A stretch of 64,000 nt of DNA from an uncultured Alphaproteobacteria bacterium (GTDB lineage Bacteria; Pseudomonadota; Alphaproteobacteria; HIMB59): positions 58,777 to 122,776 of the forward strand of contig CABYRL010000002.1 in assembly GCA_902521465.1 (NCBI GenBank), read 5' to 3'. Both the position numbers and the translations under genes were made by a program. Below the pieces are notes generated by a model. It was not told where the DNA came from. It made no database searches and saw only the letters and a list, made by a program, of their open reading frames with translations. Of the stretch, positions 19,157 to 29,692 are shown piece after piece. Position 1 is the first letter of the stretch; each line of letters opens with the position of its first letter.

Positions 19157-20941
19157 TTAATTACTGATAAAGAAATCTGAGAGAGTTTTAATATCATCAA
19201 AAGAAGTATTCTTACCCTCATTACTTCTTAGAGTAAATGAGTCTGACTCAATCTCTTTCTCACCCATTACAAGAGAATAGGGTATCTTTTTAGAAACAGA
19301 ATTTCTTATTTTATAACCCAATTTGTTATCAGATCCATCAACAATTACTCTTACACCCATTTTTTGAAGCTCCCCTTTAATCCGGTTACTATGATCAACA
19401 AATTTTTCGGACACAGGGAGAATTGCAAGTTGTATAGGCGTAACAAATAAGGGAAGCCAGCCATTAGTGTTTTCAAGAATAATTGCTATAAACCTTTCTA
19501 GAGATCCGACAACTGCTCGGTGTATCATTATTGGAACTTGATTTTTGTCATCTTTGTCTTTGTATTTTGCACCCAATCTATCAGGGAGATTGAAGTCAAT
19601 TTGTATTGTTCCACATTGCCACTCTCGACCCAGTGAGTCCTCTAATGTAAATTCTATTTTTGGACCATAGAATGCTCCTTCACCCTCTAAAATATTAAAT
19701 TCTTTATTGTTGTCTTTTAAAACTTTTTTTAACTGATTTTCCGCATTGTCCCAGTTTTCTTGCGTGCCAATACTTTTTTCTGGGCGAGTAGAAATATTAT
19801 ATTTTATTTTTTCAAATCCGAACTTTTTATACACTCTCTCAATTAATAGGGTTGTCTCATTACAAACATCATATATTTGTTCAGCAGAACAAAATATGTG
19901 GGCATCATCTTGAGTAAAACCTCTGACCCTAAATAATCCATTTAGAGCTCCAGAGGGTTCGTATCTATGACACTTACCAAACTCCGAGTATCTAAGTGGT
20001 AAATCTTTGTAAGTTATTAGTTGAGAGTTAAATAAAACAATATGACATGGGCAATTCATAGGTTTTAGTGCAAATGTCTTGTTGTCAGTTTCTGATGTAA
20101 ACATATTTTCTTTAAAATTGTCCCAATGACCAGACTTTATCCAAAGCTCATTTGATACTAGTTCAGGTGTTTTTACTTCGAAATAATTTAGTTTTTGCTG
20201 CTCAGAGCGAATATATTTTTCAATATTTTGATACAAGGTTAAGCCTTTATCTTTCCAAAATACATTCCCTGCTGATAAATCAGTTAGAAGGAACAAACCC
20301 ATATCAGTGCCTAATCTTCTATGATTTCTTTCTTTAGCCTCTTCTAAATTTTTTAAATAAACTCGAAGTTCTTTTTCAGAATACCAAGCGGTTGCATAAA
20401 TTCTTTGAAGCATTTTGTTAGTGCTAATACCTCTCCAATAAGCCCCTGATACATTTGTTATTTTAAAGCTGGCATTATAATCTTTTGTGCTTTTATGATG
20501 AGGACCTTTACAAAGATCAGTAAAATTTTTTTGCTCATAGAGTGTTATTTCATCAGAATTATCTAAATTATTAATAAGCTCCAATTTATATTTATTATCT
20601 TTAAATATTTCTGATGCCTCTTTTTTAGTTACAGCTCTCTTTAAAAAGTTTCTTCCCTCTGAGAGAATTTCTTTCATTTTTTTTTCTATATTAGCTACGT
20701 CATCATCTGATAAAGTACTTTCCATATCAAAGTCATAATAAAAACCGTTCTTTATAAAAGGACCAATAGTTGGTTTAGCATTTGGGAAAAGAGTAATTAC
20801 AGCTTCAGCCAAAATATGAGCCATATCATGCCGCATTATATTTAATGCATCATCAGATTTAGGTTTAATGGGAGTGCTATTTTCAACTTCAGTGTCCCAA
20901 TAATTATTATTCGAGTCTTTAAATGCTATTATATCGCTCAT
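19157..20941 (-). CDS. thrS: Threonyl-tRNA synthetase (short N-terminus)
   Basis: RHD.AH, DLCKGPH, KPMNCP, RGFTQDDAH, AFYGPK, WQCGTIQ, HRA..GS.ERF. Confidence 0.97.
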   Translation of the reverse strand: MSDIIAFKDSNNNYWDTEVENSTPIKPKSDDALNIMRHDMAHILAEAVITLFPNAKPTIGPFIKNGFYYDFDMESTLSDDDVANIEKKMKEILSEGRNFLKRAVTKKEASEIFKDNKYKLELINNLDNSDEITLYEQKNFTDLCKGPHHKSTKDYNASFKITNVSGAYWRGISTNKMLQRIYATAWYSEKELRVYLKNLEEAKERNHRRLGTDMGLFLLTDLSAGNVFWKDKGLTLYQNIEKYIRSEQQKLNYFEVKTPELVSNELWIKSGHWDNFKENMFTSETDNKTFALKPMNCPCHIVLFNSQLITYKDLPLRYSEFGKCHRYEPSGALNGLFRVRGFTQDDAHIFCSAEQIYDVCNETTLLIERVYKKFGFEKIKYNISTRPEKSIGTQENWDNAENQLKKVLKDNNKEFNILEGEGAFYGPKIEFTLEDSLGREWQCGTIQIDFNLPDRLGAKYKDKDDKNQVPIMIHRAVVGSLERFIAIILENTNGWLPLFVTPIQLAILPVSEKFVDHSNRIKGELQKMGVRVIVDGSDNKLGYKIRNSVSKKIPYSLVMGEKEIESDSFTLRSNEGKNTSFDDIKTLSDFFISN

Positions 20942-21270
20942 AATTCTAATTTTTTATAAAAACAACTTTTTTTACCCGTATGGCAAGCGCCAATGCCTTC
21001 AAGCTCAACTTCATAAATCAAAGCGTCACTGTCACAATCAGTATAAATATTAATAATATTAAGTTTATTGCCAGATGTTTCGCCTTTTAACCATAATTTT
21101 TTTTTACTTCTACTCCAAAAGTGTGCTTTTTTTGTTTTTACTGTCATTTCAATAGAATTTTTATTTGAGTAGGCCATCATAAGAATTTCATTAGTTGACT
21201 TCTCTTGAGCAATCGTAGGTATGAGCCCATCAGAATTAAAAACTAGGTGATTTATGTTGAAATTTTCCAA
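20938..21270 (-). CDS. hisI: Phosphoribosyl-AMP cyclohydrolase
   Basis: GLIPTIAQ, WSRS...LWLKGETSG, DCDSD, ACHTG..SCF. Confidence 0.95.
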   Translation of the reverse strand: MENFNINHLVFNSDGLIPTIAQEKSTNEILMMAYSNKNSIEMTVKTKKAHFWSRSKKKLWLKGETSGNKLNIINIYTDCDSDALIYEVELEGIGACHTGKKSCFYKKLEL

Positions 21271-21336
21271 TGTCTTGATTTTTAATGATTTTTACTTTTA
21301 TTAAAGTATTTTTCAATTATTAAAAGAATTTTTTCG

Positions 21337-22263
21337 ATGAATTATTATTTAGCACCAATGATGGGTTACACAGACTGCTATTTTAGAAGTTTAGTGGAAA
21401 ACATTTATGGAAATAGTGTAACTACTTTTTCTGAAATGATAGTGGATAAAGCAATCATCCATAATGAGACCAAAACAATAACCAAGCATTTTTTAAAAAA
21501 TAATAAAAGCGCCATTCAAATTGCAGGCTCAGATCCTGAAGAAATTAAAAGAACAATAAATATTTTAAATAAAGTAGATATTATTAAACATGTAAATTTT
21601 AATTTAGGGTGCCCAAGTTCTAGAGTCCAAGAAAATATGCTTGGTTTAGCTTTAACCCAAAAGTATGACTTAGTAAAAAAATGTTTATATGAATTGATCA
21701 AATATAATAAAGATGTATCGGTAAAATGTAGACTTGGTTTAGGTATGGATGAGGATAAGAGTTATATTTTTGATTATCTTAAATTGTTTAATGAAATAGG
21801 AATTAAAAAAGTATTTATACATTGTAGAAATGGTGTTTTGAACTTAGATACCAAAAAAAATAGAACAATTCCGAAAATTAATTACAATTTATTTTTAGAG
21901 TGTTGTGATCAATTTCCTGAAATGGAACTTATTCCTAACGGTGAGGTTAATGATTTAGCAACCTTTAAATTTTTTCAGTCAAAAAATATTACTCAATTTA
22001 TGATTGGTAGGCAATTTGCGAAAGACGCTTTTTTTTTAGAAAAATTAGATCTTGAGAATATCAAAAAGAAGACAACTTCAATAATTAATACAATAAATGA
22101 ATTAGAGCATTACAAATATTTAAATATTAATTTATTAAAAAAAAGTATATTCACTGCACTTAGTAACATATCAAATTCCAAAAAAGTAAAAAAAGAAATC
22201 TCAGTTATTGATAATTATAGTGGCTTACTAAATTATTTTGAGAGGAATGCCATTTGGAGTTAA
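21337..22263 (+). CDS. dusA: tRNA-dihydrouridine synthase, DusA-like
   Basis: LAPMMGYTD..FR, QIAGSDP, NFNLGCPSSRVQ, VSVKCRLG, NGEV, MIGR. Confidence 0.8.
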   Translation: MNYYLAPMMGYTDCYFRSLVENIYGNSVTTFSEMIVDKAIIHNETKTITKHFLKNNKSAIQIAGSDPEEIKRTINILNKVDIIKHVNFNLGCPSSRVQENMLGLALTQKYDLVKKCLYELIKYNKDVSVKCRLGLGMDEDKSYIFDYLKLFNEIGIKKVFIHCRNGVLNLDTKKNRTIPKINYNLFLECCDQFPEMELIPNGEVNDLATFKFFQSKNITQFMIGRQFAKDAFFLEKLDLENIKKKTTSIINTINELEHYKYLNINLLKKSIFTALSNISNSKKVKKEISVIDNYSGLLNYFERNAIWS

Positions 22264-24578
22264 AGAGATTATATAAATCTTCCACTTTTTTATCAAAATT
22301 TGAATATCTTAATAATTCTTATAATATTTCTAAGGTTGATGCACAATTAATACTTAACCACTACAAAAGTAATATAAAAAAATATTCTAATTCCTCTACA
22401 ACTAACTTTTCAAATATATATAAACTTAAAAATGAGCTTATTTATTTAATTTTTATATCAATTCATCAAAATTTAATTTCTCAGTCTAATGGATCAAGAT
22501 TATGGTCAATTTTATGCAAAAATATTTTAAGTAAAATCATTAATACCAATCTATACAGATCATTTAATAATAGTTTAAAAAAATATTATTTTATTTTAGG
22601 TATGGGTAAAATTGGTGTAAGAGATTTAAATTTCGCCTCTGATATTGATATAATCATATTCTATGACTCCAAAAATAGTCCTATTTCTCTTCAAGATTTT
22701 AATAAATCTATAAAGAAAACCATTAGTGACATTTCGAATATTTCTGAGTCTTTTTTTCATAAAATAGATTTAAGGTTACGACCAGATTTTGGTGATTCAT
22801 TAATTGTATCTGACATAGATCAGGCAATTAATTATTATACATCAGTTGGCAGAAACTGGGAGAGATTGGCATTTCATAGATCTAGTTTTTTGTGTGGTGA
22901 TATTCAAAAATATTTCTCATTTAAGGTGGCAATTAAAAGTTTCTTATTTAGAAGAACATTTGACTATTACGCTATAGATGAAATTAAAAAACTCTTTGCC
23001 TCCAATAATACTGAACAAAAGCTAGATATAAAAAATTCTTATGGCTTTATTCGATCTTGTGAAAATATAATACACTTTAATCAACTTCTTTGGTCTGGAA
23101 AAATAAACTCTCTTAAAGAGAGTAATATTCATAAATTACTTATAAATTTAAAAAAACATGAAAATATAATTCCAAAAAATGACTTAAAAAATATAACAGA
23201 GGCATATTATTACTTCCGTAAAATTGAGAATTATTTACATATAAAAAAGAATACTTTTCAGAATATAATTGACTCTAATGAAACCTATTTAAATTCAGTA
23301 TTAGATAACTTTTCAAACAAATTAGAGAAGCATAAATCTGAAATTCAAACAATATATCAGCGTTTATTTTTCCCTAAAATAAATAGAGAAAGTTTACGAC
23401 GTGAAAAATTTAATGAATCTAGCCAAAAAATTATAGATAGTCTTCTCAAAAGAGCTGAGAAAATCAATAGTTCAGATACAGTAAAAAATGATTATTTAGA
23501 GTCTATTTCAAGTCTCATAAATATTTTATCAACACATAATAAACGAGATGATCTGATTATAAAATTTGACTATTTAATTAACTATTATAAGTCTGGTGTC
23601 CATTTAACCGCTTTATACAAATACAATAATAAAATTTTTTTAGAGTTAGCTTTCATATTTGAGAATTCTTCAAAATTAACAAATCTTATTTACAAAAATC
23701 ATTTTTTAATAGAGTCACTAGTTTATTTTTTTAATTATGGCATACCTACTTTTAAGCTGAGAGAATTTTCTGATAATTTTGATTTAGATTTAAAAAAATC
23801 AATCCAGGATATTTATGAAATTTTATTCCTTTTAGATTATTTGTTACTTTCAAAAAAAATAACAAATACTAACTTCCTCAAAAAACGAAATACCGCTGTA
23901 AGAAAGTTTATTTTTTATATTTTTGAACTAGTTAAAAATGAATACATTGTCAATAGAAGCAATATTTTCTCTGACTTAACACCGATTTTATTTGGAAGTT
24001 ACGGTGTCAAAATGGCTACGAATTTTTCAGATTTAGACATTTTTTTTATATATAAATCAAACAAAAATAATCACATAGATAATATTAAAATTGTAAGGAG
24101 ATTTTACTCGATAATGAAACAATATATTGATCCAAATATACTAATAATTGACGATAGAAATAAACCTTTTGATAGAGACTCTGATCAAGTTATTAATATT
24201 GAAAATTTCTTTTCATTTTATTCAAAGACTAGTGAGCCATTTCATAAATTGTCTTTTATGAAGGTATGTCTTTTAACAAATAATCTAAAATTAATTAAGT
24301 ATTTTACAAAAATGAAAAATCAAATTATTTCAAACTTTTCTAAAATCGACAATGAATACTTTTTAAAAATAGTAGATATAAAAAATCCTTTAAAAAATAA
24401 TAAGGATCTTTTTCAACTCTTTAAGATTAAAGAAGACATCAATCACATAAATAATAAAGAGTTTTCATATCGTGACGATATTGATTATTTAAGAGAGTTG
24501 CTTATGTTTGAAAATCTAACTAGCAACCCATCCAAAGTAGATAATAAAAAATATTTAGACAGGTTGCTTTTAATTTAG
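22254..24578 (+). CDS. glnE: Glutamine synthetase adenylyltransferase/removase (shortened, divergent C-terminal domain)
   Basis: LGMGKIG..LNFASDIDII, DLRLRPD, YY..VGRNWER; second nucleotidyltransferase repeat FGSYG....NFSDLDIFFIY; adjacent to glnA. Confidence 0.85.
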   Translation: MELKRLYKSSTFLSKFEYLNNSYNISKVDAQLILNHYKSNIKKYSNSSTTNFSNIYKLKNELIYLIFISIHQNLISQSNGSRLWSILCKNILSKIINTNLYRSFNNSLKKYYFILGMGKIGVRDLNFASDIDIIIFYDSKNSPISLQDFNKSIKKTISDISNISESFFHKIDLRLRPDFGDSLIVSDIDQAINYYTSVGRNWERLAFHRSSFLCGDIQKYFSFKVAIKSFLFRRTFDYYAIDEIKKLFASNNTEQKLDIKNSYGFIRSCENIIHFNQLLWSGKINSLKESNIHKLLINLKKHENIIPKNDLKNITEAYYYFRKIENYLHIKKNTFQNIIDSNETYLNSVLDNFSNKLEKHKSEIQTIYQRLFFPKINRESLRREKFNESSQKIIDSLLKRAEKINSSDTVKNDYLESISSLINILSTHNKRDDLIIKFDYLINYYKSGVHLTALYKYNNKIFLELAFIFENSSKLTNLIYKNHFLIESLVYFFNYGIPTFKLREFSDNFDLDLKKSIQDIYEILFLLDYLLLSKKITNTNFLKKRNTAVRKFIFYIFELVKNEYIVNRSNIFSDLTPILFGSYGVKMATNFSDLDIFFIYKSNKNNHIDNIKIVRRFYSIMKQYIDPNILIIDDRNKPFDRDSDQVINIENFFSFYSKTSEPFHKLSFMKVCLLTNNLKLIKYFTKMKNQIISNFSKIDNEYFLKIVDIKNPLKNNKDLFQLFKIKEDINHINNKEFSYRDDIDYLRELLMFENLTSNPSKVDNKKYLDRLLLI

Positions 24579-24579
24579 T

Positions 24580-25995
24580 TTAGTAATCGTAGTACATGTC
24601 GAACTCTGCAGGTGTAACTAGCAGTTTATTTGGTTCGATTTCTTCTTCTCTTTTGTATTCGATATATGACTCGATTAAATCCTTAGTAAATACATTACCT
24701 TCTAAAAGAAAATCATGGTTAGATTCAAGATTGTTAATCGCTTCCTCAAGAGTGCCAGGTACTTCTTTTACTTTAGATTGCTCTTCAGGAGGTAAATCAT
24801 AAAGATTTTTATCCATTGGTTCACCGGGATCAATTCTATTCTTAATCCCATCTAGACCTGCCATAAGCATAGCTGAAAATGCTAAATATCCATTTGCAGT
24901 TGCATCTGGACATCTAAACTCAACTCTTTTTGCTTTAGGAGATGGTGAGTATGCAGGTATTCTACATATAGCACTTCTATTTCTATTAGAGTATGCAAGC
25001 TTAACTGGAGCCTCATAACCTGGAACTAATCTCTTGTAAGAGTTAATAGTTGGATTTGTAAAAGCTAATAAAGATGGTGCGTGCTTTAGCAAACCACCAA
25101 TATAAAATTTTGCTTCATCACTAAGATTAGCGTATCCACCTTCACCATAAAATACTGGTTTACCGTTTGACCAAATACTTTGATGACAATGCATTCCTGA
25201 ACCATTGTCGTTTGAAAGAGGTTTTGGCATAAAAGTAGCACTTAAACCATTGCTTTTTGCTGTGTTTCTTACAACGTATTTATATTTTTGAAGATCATCG
25301 GCCATCTTAACTAATGTGTCGAATTTTAAATCAATCTCACATTGACCAGCAGTAGCAACTTCGTGGTGTTGCGCTTCAACACTCATACCAATTGCAACCA
25401 TGTGATTTACCATTTCTGATCTAACATCTTGCATAGTGTCATGAGGTGGGCACGGGAAATAGCCTCCTTTATTTCTAACTTTATAACCTAGATTTGGACC
25501 TTCATCTGTGCCTGTATTCCAAACAGCTTCACCTGAGTCAACAGAAAAAGAAGAGTGATGAGGGTGCGTGTTAATTTGAACATTATTGAAAAGAAAAAAT
25601 TCAGCTTCTGGTCCAAAGAAAATACTATCACCAACTCCTGAGGTTTTAACGTATTCTTCTGCTTTTTTTGCAACGTATCTTGGATCTTTATCGTACTTTT
25701 GTCCAGTAATTGGATCTTGAATATCACATATCAGAACTAGAGTAGGATCAGTAAAAAAGGGATCTACAAATGCAGTCTCAATATCTGGAATTAATATCAT
25801 GTCACTAGCTTCAATTGACTGAAAACATCTAATTGAAGAGCCGTCGAAACCAATACCTTCCTCAAATACGTCCATTTCAAATGTATTAATATGGTTTGAA
25901 AAGTGCTGCCATGTTCCTAAAGGATCAGTAAATCTAAAATCAATATACTTAATACCATTTTCATCGATCATTTTTTGTAATGATTTTTTGTCCAT
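24580..25995 (-). CDS. glnA: Glutamine synthetase type I-beta
   Basis: GFDGSSI, GPEAEFF, HHEVA, DNGSGMHCHQS, KRLVPGYEAP, RVEFRCPD, NLYDLP adenylylation site. Confidence 0.98.
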   Translation of the reverse strand: MDKKSLQKMIDENGIKYIDFRFTDPLGTWQHFSNHINTFEMDVFEEGIGFDGSSIRCFQSIEASDMILIPDIETAFVDPFFTDPTLVLICDIQDPITGQKYDKDPRYVAKKAEEYVKTSGVGDSIFFGPEAEFFLFNNVQINTHPHHSSFSVDSGEAVWNTGTDEGPNLGYKVRNKGGYFPCPPHDTMQDVRSEMVNHMVAIGMSVEAQHHEVATAGQCEIDLKFDTLVKMADDLQKYKYVVRNTAKSNGLSATFMPKPLSNDNGSGMHCHQSIWSNGKPVFYGEGGYANLSDEAKFYIGGLLKHAPSLLAFTNPTINSYKRLVPGYEAPVKLAYSNRNRSAICRIPAYSPSPKAKRVEFRCPDATANGYLAFSAMLMAGLDGIKNRIDPGEPMDKNLYDLPPEEQSKVKEVPGTLEEAINNLESNHDFLLEGNVFTKDLIESYIEYKREEEIEPNKLLVTPAEFDMYYDY

Positions 25996-26035
25996 CTAAT
26001 AACCTCCTGAGTTGTTAACTTGGTTTATGTAAAAA

Positions 26036-26413
<378 letters not shown>

Positions 26414-26439
26414 CTATACTATAAATTAATTCAATTTTT

Positions 26440-26517
26440 GGCGGGTGTAGCTCAGTTGGTTAGAGCGCCGGTTTGTGGTACCGGAGGTCGGGGGTTCAAG
26501 TCCCCTTACTCGCCCCA
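26440..26517 (+). tRNA. tRNA-His(GTG) with encoded G-1, C73 and CCA
   Basis: Acceptor GCGGGTG/TACTCGC, anticodon arm CCGGT-TTGTGGT-ACCGG, T-arm GGGGG-TTCAAGT-CCCCT, then C-CCA; G at 26440 is the -1 base. Confidence 0.96.
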
Positions 26518-26523
26518 ATTTGT

Positions 26524-26605
26524 GCGCCAGTGGCGGAATGGTAGACGCGCTGGTCTTAGGAACCAGTGGGCAACCGTGGGGGTTCGAGTCCCTCCTGGCG
26601 CACCA
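26524..26605 (+). tRNA. tRNA-Leu(TAG)
   Basis: GCGCCAG acceptor, GGCGGAATGGTAGACGC D-arm, CTGGT-CTTAGGA-ACCAG, long variable arm, TTCGAGT, ACCA. Confidence 0.96.
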
Positions 26606-26618
26606 GAATACAAGTAAA

Positions 26619-27845
26619 ATGGATTATAAAAACATAGAAAAAAAAAGTTACAAAACCTCTTTTGAGGTTTCATTAGATCAAAGCGCGATAGCCAAAATTA
26701 TTGACGAAAAAGTATCAGAAAAGCAACCCACTTTTGAAATTGCAGGTTTTAGAAAGGGTAAAGTACCGGTAAGCATTATAAAGTCAAAAATTGGTCTTCA
26801 AATTGAAAACGAGGTATTAAATGAAGAGGTATCAAAAAATATAAATAAAATTAGTGAGGATGAAAAAATACAATCTCTAATACAACCCGATGTTAATTTT
26901 AAGGATAATTATAATTTTACCTTGGATTTTTATTTAAAACCCGAAATTAAAATGGAAGAATTAAAAACAAGTGAAATAGAGAAAGTTACATCAGAAGTAA
27001 CAAAAAAAGATATTGATGATTTTAGAGAAAAAGTAAGAAAAGAATACTATTCATTAGAGAGTATAGATACATCAGATGAAAATTCTGTTATAGATTTTGA
27101 AATATTAAACTACGAAGATGAACAAAAAAAATTATTTTCTCAAAAAGAGGTACGAGTAGACTTAAATACCCAAACGAAAGAAGAAGTATTTCTAGACTTA
27201 AAAAAAGCTCTTTTAAAAATTAAAAATAAATCTGATATTAATTTTTCCACAAAAGGAATAAAGATAAACGCTCAAATTAAAGATATAAATAAAAAGATTT
27301 ATCCTAAAAATGATGACGATTTGATTAAAATTTTAAAATTAAAATCTACTAAAGAATTAAATGACAAAATAGATAATAAACTCAAAGAGGATATGAATTA
27401 TCTTCAAAAAGAGTTTTTTATTGAAGATTTACTTAAAGTACTATTACAAAAGAAAAAGATTGATATCAATGAAGAGGTTGTAAATCTTGAGCTAAAAAGA
27501 AAATATCAAATAGATTTATCTAAAATGAAAGATGAGCACAAAGAAAGAATTGATAGTTTAAAAAAACTCACAAGTGAGAATATTCAAAAAGATGTTCTTT
27601 TTTCTGAATTAGTAAAATTTTTAAATGTAAAAGTTGAGCAGAAAGAACTCCAAGAGTATATTCAAAAATATTATGGTGAAAAAATTGATCAAAGAACGGC
27701 TGAAACTGCTTATGGTACTCTTCTTAGAAATAAAATAGCAGATGAGTCTATGAAAACTTTTAAAATCAAAGAAACTAAGTTAAGCTTAGAAGAGCTAATG
27801 AAAAAAGGATCTCAAACTAATGAATCTAGTACCCATAGTCATTGA
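26619..27845 (+). CDS. tig: Trigger factor (start corrected to ATG 26619; FKBP domain degenerate)
   Basis: GFRKGKVP ribosome-binding motif; tRNA-Leu-tig-clpP-clpX-lon synteny. The ORF-track start (26475) lies inside tRNA-His. Confidence 0.9.
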   Translation: MDYKNIEKKSYKTSFEVSLDQSAIAKIIDEKVSEKQPTFEIAGFRKGKVPVSIIKSKIGLQIENEVLNEEVSKNINKISEDEKIQSLIQPDVNFKDNYNFTLDFYLKPEIKMEELKTSEIEKVTSEVTKKDIDDFREKVRKEYYSLESIDTSDENSVIDFEILNYEDEQKKLFSQKEVRVDLNTQTKEEVFLDLKKALLKIKNKSDINFSTKGIKINAQIKDINKKIYPKNDDDLIKILKLKSTKELNDKIDNKLKEDMNYLQKEFFIEDLLKVLLQKKKIDINEEVVNLELKRKYQIDLSKMKDEHKERIDSLKKLTSENIQKDVLFSELVKFLNVKVEQKELQEYIQKYYGEKIDQRTAETAYGTLLRNKIADESMKTFKIKETKLSLEELMKKGSQTNESSTHSH

Positions 27846-28410
27846 ACAATCTGGTAAGGGAGAGAGATCTTTTGATATTTTCTCCAGACTGCTTAGAGAA
27901 AGAATTATTTTTTTGACAGGCGCCATCAATGATGAGACTGCCTCTCTAATATGCGCTCAACTTTTATTTTTAGAATCTGAAAATCCAGAAGAACCCATTA
28001 ACCTTTATATTAATTCACCAGGAGGTTTAGTTACAGCTGGTTTAGCCATGTATGATACTATGCAGTATATTAAATGTCCCGTTCATACAGTTTGCATAGG
28101 TCAAGCTGCCTCTGCAGGTTCGTTAATACTTGCAGCAGGAAAAGAGGGTAACAGATATGCTTTACCACACTCTAAAATAATGATTCATCAACCATCTGGT
28201 GGTTTTTCAGGACAAGCAAGTGATATTAAAATTCATGCCGAAGAGATATTAAAGACAAAAAAAAGACTAAATGAAATCTATCAAAAGCATACTAAAATAA
28301 GCATTGGTGAAATAGAAAAGGCAATGGAAAGAGATAGATTTTTTGACCCTGAAGAGGCACAAAAATTTGGTTTGATAGATAAAGTTATTACTACTAGAAT
28401 TGAGAAGTAA
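27820..28410 (+). CDS. clpP: ATP-dependent Clp protease proteolytic subunit
   Basis: [32 protein letters not shown]. Confidence 0.98.
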   Translation: MNLVPIVIEQSGKGERSFDIFSRLLRERIIFLTGAINDETASLICAQLLFLESENPEEPINLYINSPGGLVTAGLAMYDTMQYIKCPVHTVCIGQAASAGSLILAAGKEGNRYALPHSKIMIHQPSGGFSGQASDIKIHAEEILKTKKRLNEIYQKHTKISIGEIEKAMERDRFFDPEEAQKFGLIDKVITTRIEK

Positions 28411-28415
28411 AAAAA

Positions 28416-29669
28416 ATGTCTGATGAAAAAATAATTTCTGCTAATAGTTCTGATAAAAAAATATCTTGCTCTTTTTGTGGTAAAAGCCAAGAGGAGGTTA
28501 AAAAATTAATTGCTGGACCAAATGTCTATATTTGTAATGAGTGTGTAGTTTTATGTAAGGATATTCTTGTTGAGGATGATAAAATTGATACAAAGAAAAA
28601 ATTTGAGATACCAAAGCCAAGTGAGATATACAATTATCTTGATGATCATATAATCGGTCAAGATCATGCAAAAAAAATATTATCTGTATCTGTTTATAAT
28701 CATTATAAGAGAGTTCAAAACCCCTCAAAAGATATAGAGATATCTAAATCAAACATATTACTTATTGGACCGACAGGTTGTGGTAAAACACTTTTAGCAC
28801 AAACCCTAGCAAAATTTTTAAATGTACCTTTTACAATTGCTGATGCTACTACGTTGACGGAGGCTGGATATGTTGGTGAAGATGTAGAAAATATTATTTT
28901 AAGATTACTTCAGCAATGTGATTATGATGTTGCTTTGGCTCAAAAAGGTATCGTATATATTGATGAAATTGATAAAGTGGGTAGAAAAAGTGAAAATCCA
29001 TCAATAACAAGAGACGTATCTGGCGAGGGAGTTCAACAAGCTTTACTAAAAATAATTGAGGGAACAACTGCCAGTGTGCCACCTCAAGGTGGAAGAAAAC
29101 ATCCCCAACAAGAGTTCCTTCAAGTTGATACAAAAAATATATTGTTTGTTTGCGGGGGCGCCTTTGAAGGCATTGATAAAATCATAAAAAATAGAGTGAA
29201 TAAAAAGTCTATCGGCTTTAATAAATCAATCAATCAGGACCAACCAATGACATCACAACTTGAGAATGACGATTTGATTAAATTTGGATTAATACCTGAA
29301 TTAGTAGGAAGACTTCCTGTAAGCGCTAGTCTTAATGAGTTATCTTTAGAAGATTTAAAAGAGATAATTACAAGACCAAAAAATGCAATATCAAAACAAT
29401 ACAAAGCTCTTTTTTCTTTTGAAGGGGTTGAATTCGAGATAACTGAAGATGGTAGGGAGCAAATTGCTCAATTAGCTGTTGAAAAAAAAATTGGTGCACG
29501 AGGCCTAAGATCAATCATGGAAAAACTGCTTTTAGATTGCATGTATGATATTCCTGATAAGGATTCTGTGGATAAGGTAGTTTTGAGTAAAGAGTCAGTA
29601 ATCTCAAATAGACCAATAATCGTATATAAAGAAAAAGCAAAAATTAAAAAAAAAGTGGGTGAAAATTAA
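28416..29669 (+). CDS. clpX: ATP-dependent Clp protease ATPase subunit
   Basis: CSFCGK zinc finger, [32 protein letters not shown] loop, GARGLR. Confidence 0.98.
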   Translation: MSDEKIISANSSDKKISCSFCGKSQEEVKKLIAGPNVYICNECVVLCKDILVEDDKIDTKKKFEIPKPSEIYNYLDDHIIGQDHAKKILSVSVYNHYKRVQNPSKDIEISKSNILLIGPTGCGKTLLAQTLAKFLNVPFTIADATTLTEAGYVGEDVENIILRLLQQCDYDVALAQKGIVYIDEIDKVGRKSENPSITRDVSGEGVQQALLKIIEGTTASVPPQGGRKHPQQEFLQVDTKNILFVCGGAFEGIDKIIKNRVNKKSIGFNKSINQDQPMTSQLENDDLIKFGLIPELVGRLPVSASLNELSLEDLKEIITRPKNAISKQYKALFSFEGVEFEITEDGREQIAQLAVEKKIGARGLRSIMEKLLLDCMYDIPDKDSVDKVVLSKESVISNRPIIVYKEKAKIKKKVGEN

Positions 29670-29692
29670 AAATTCCTCACTATCTTAATAGT

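Noticed and set aside
21337-22263. dusA-targeted island
   Set aside because: dusA is intact, with no duplicated 5' fragment or integrase nearby.
26475-26618. 48-aa N-terminal extension of trigger factor in the ORF track
   Set aside because: It is a translation of tRNA-His and tRNA-Leu; the real start is ATG 26619.
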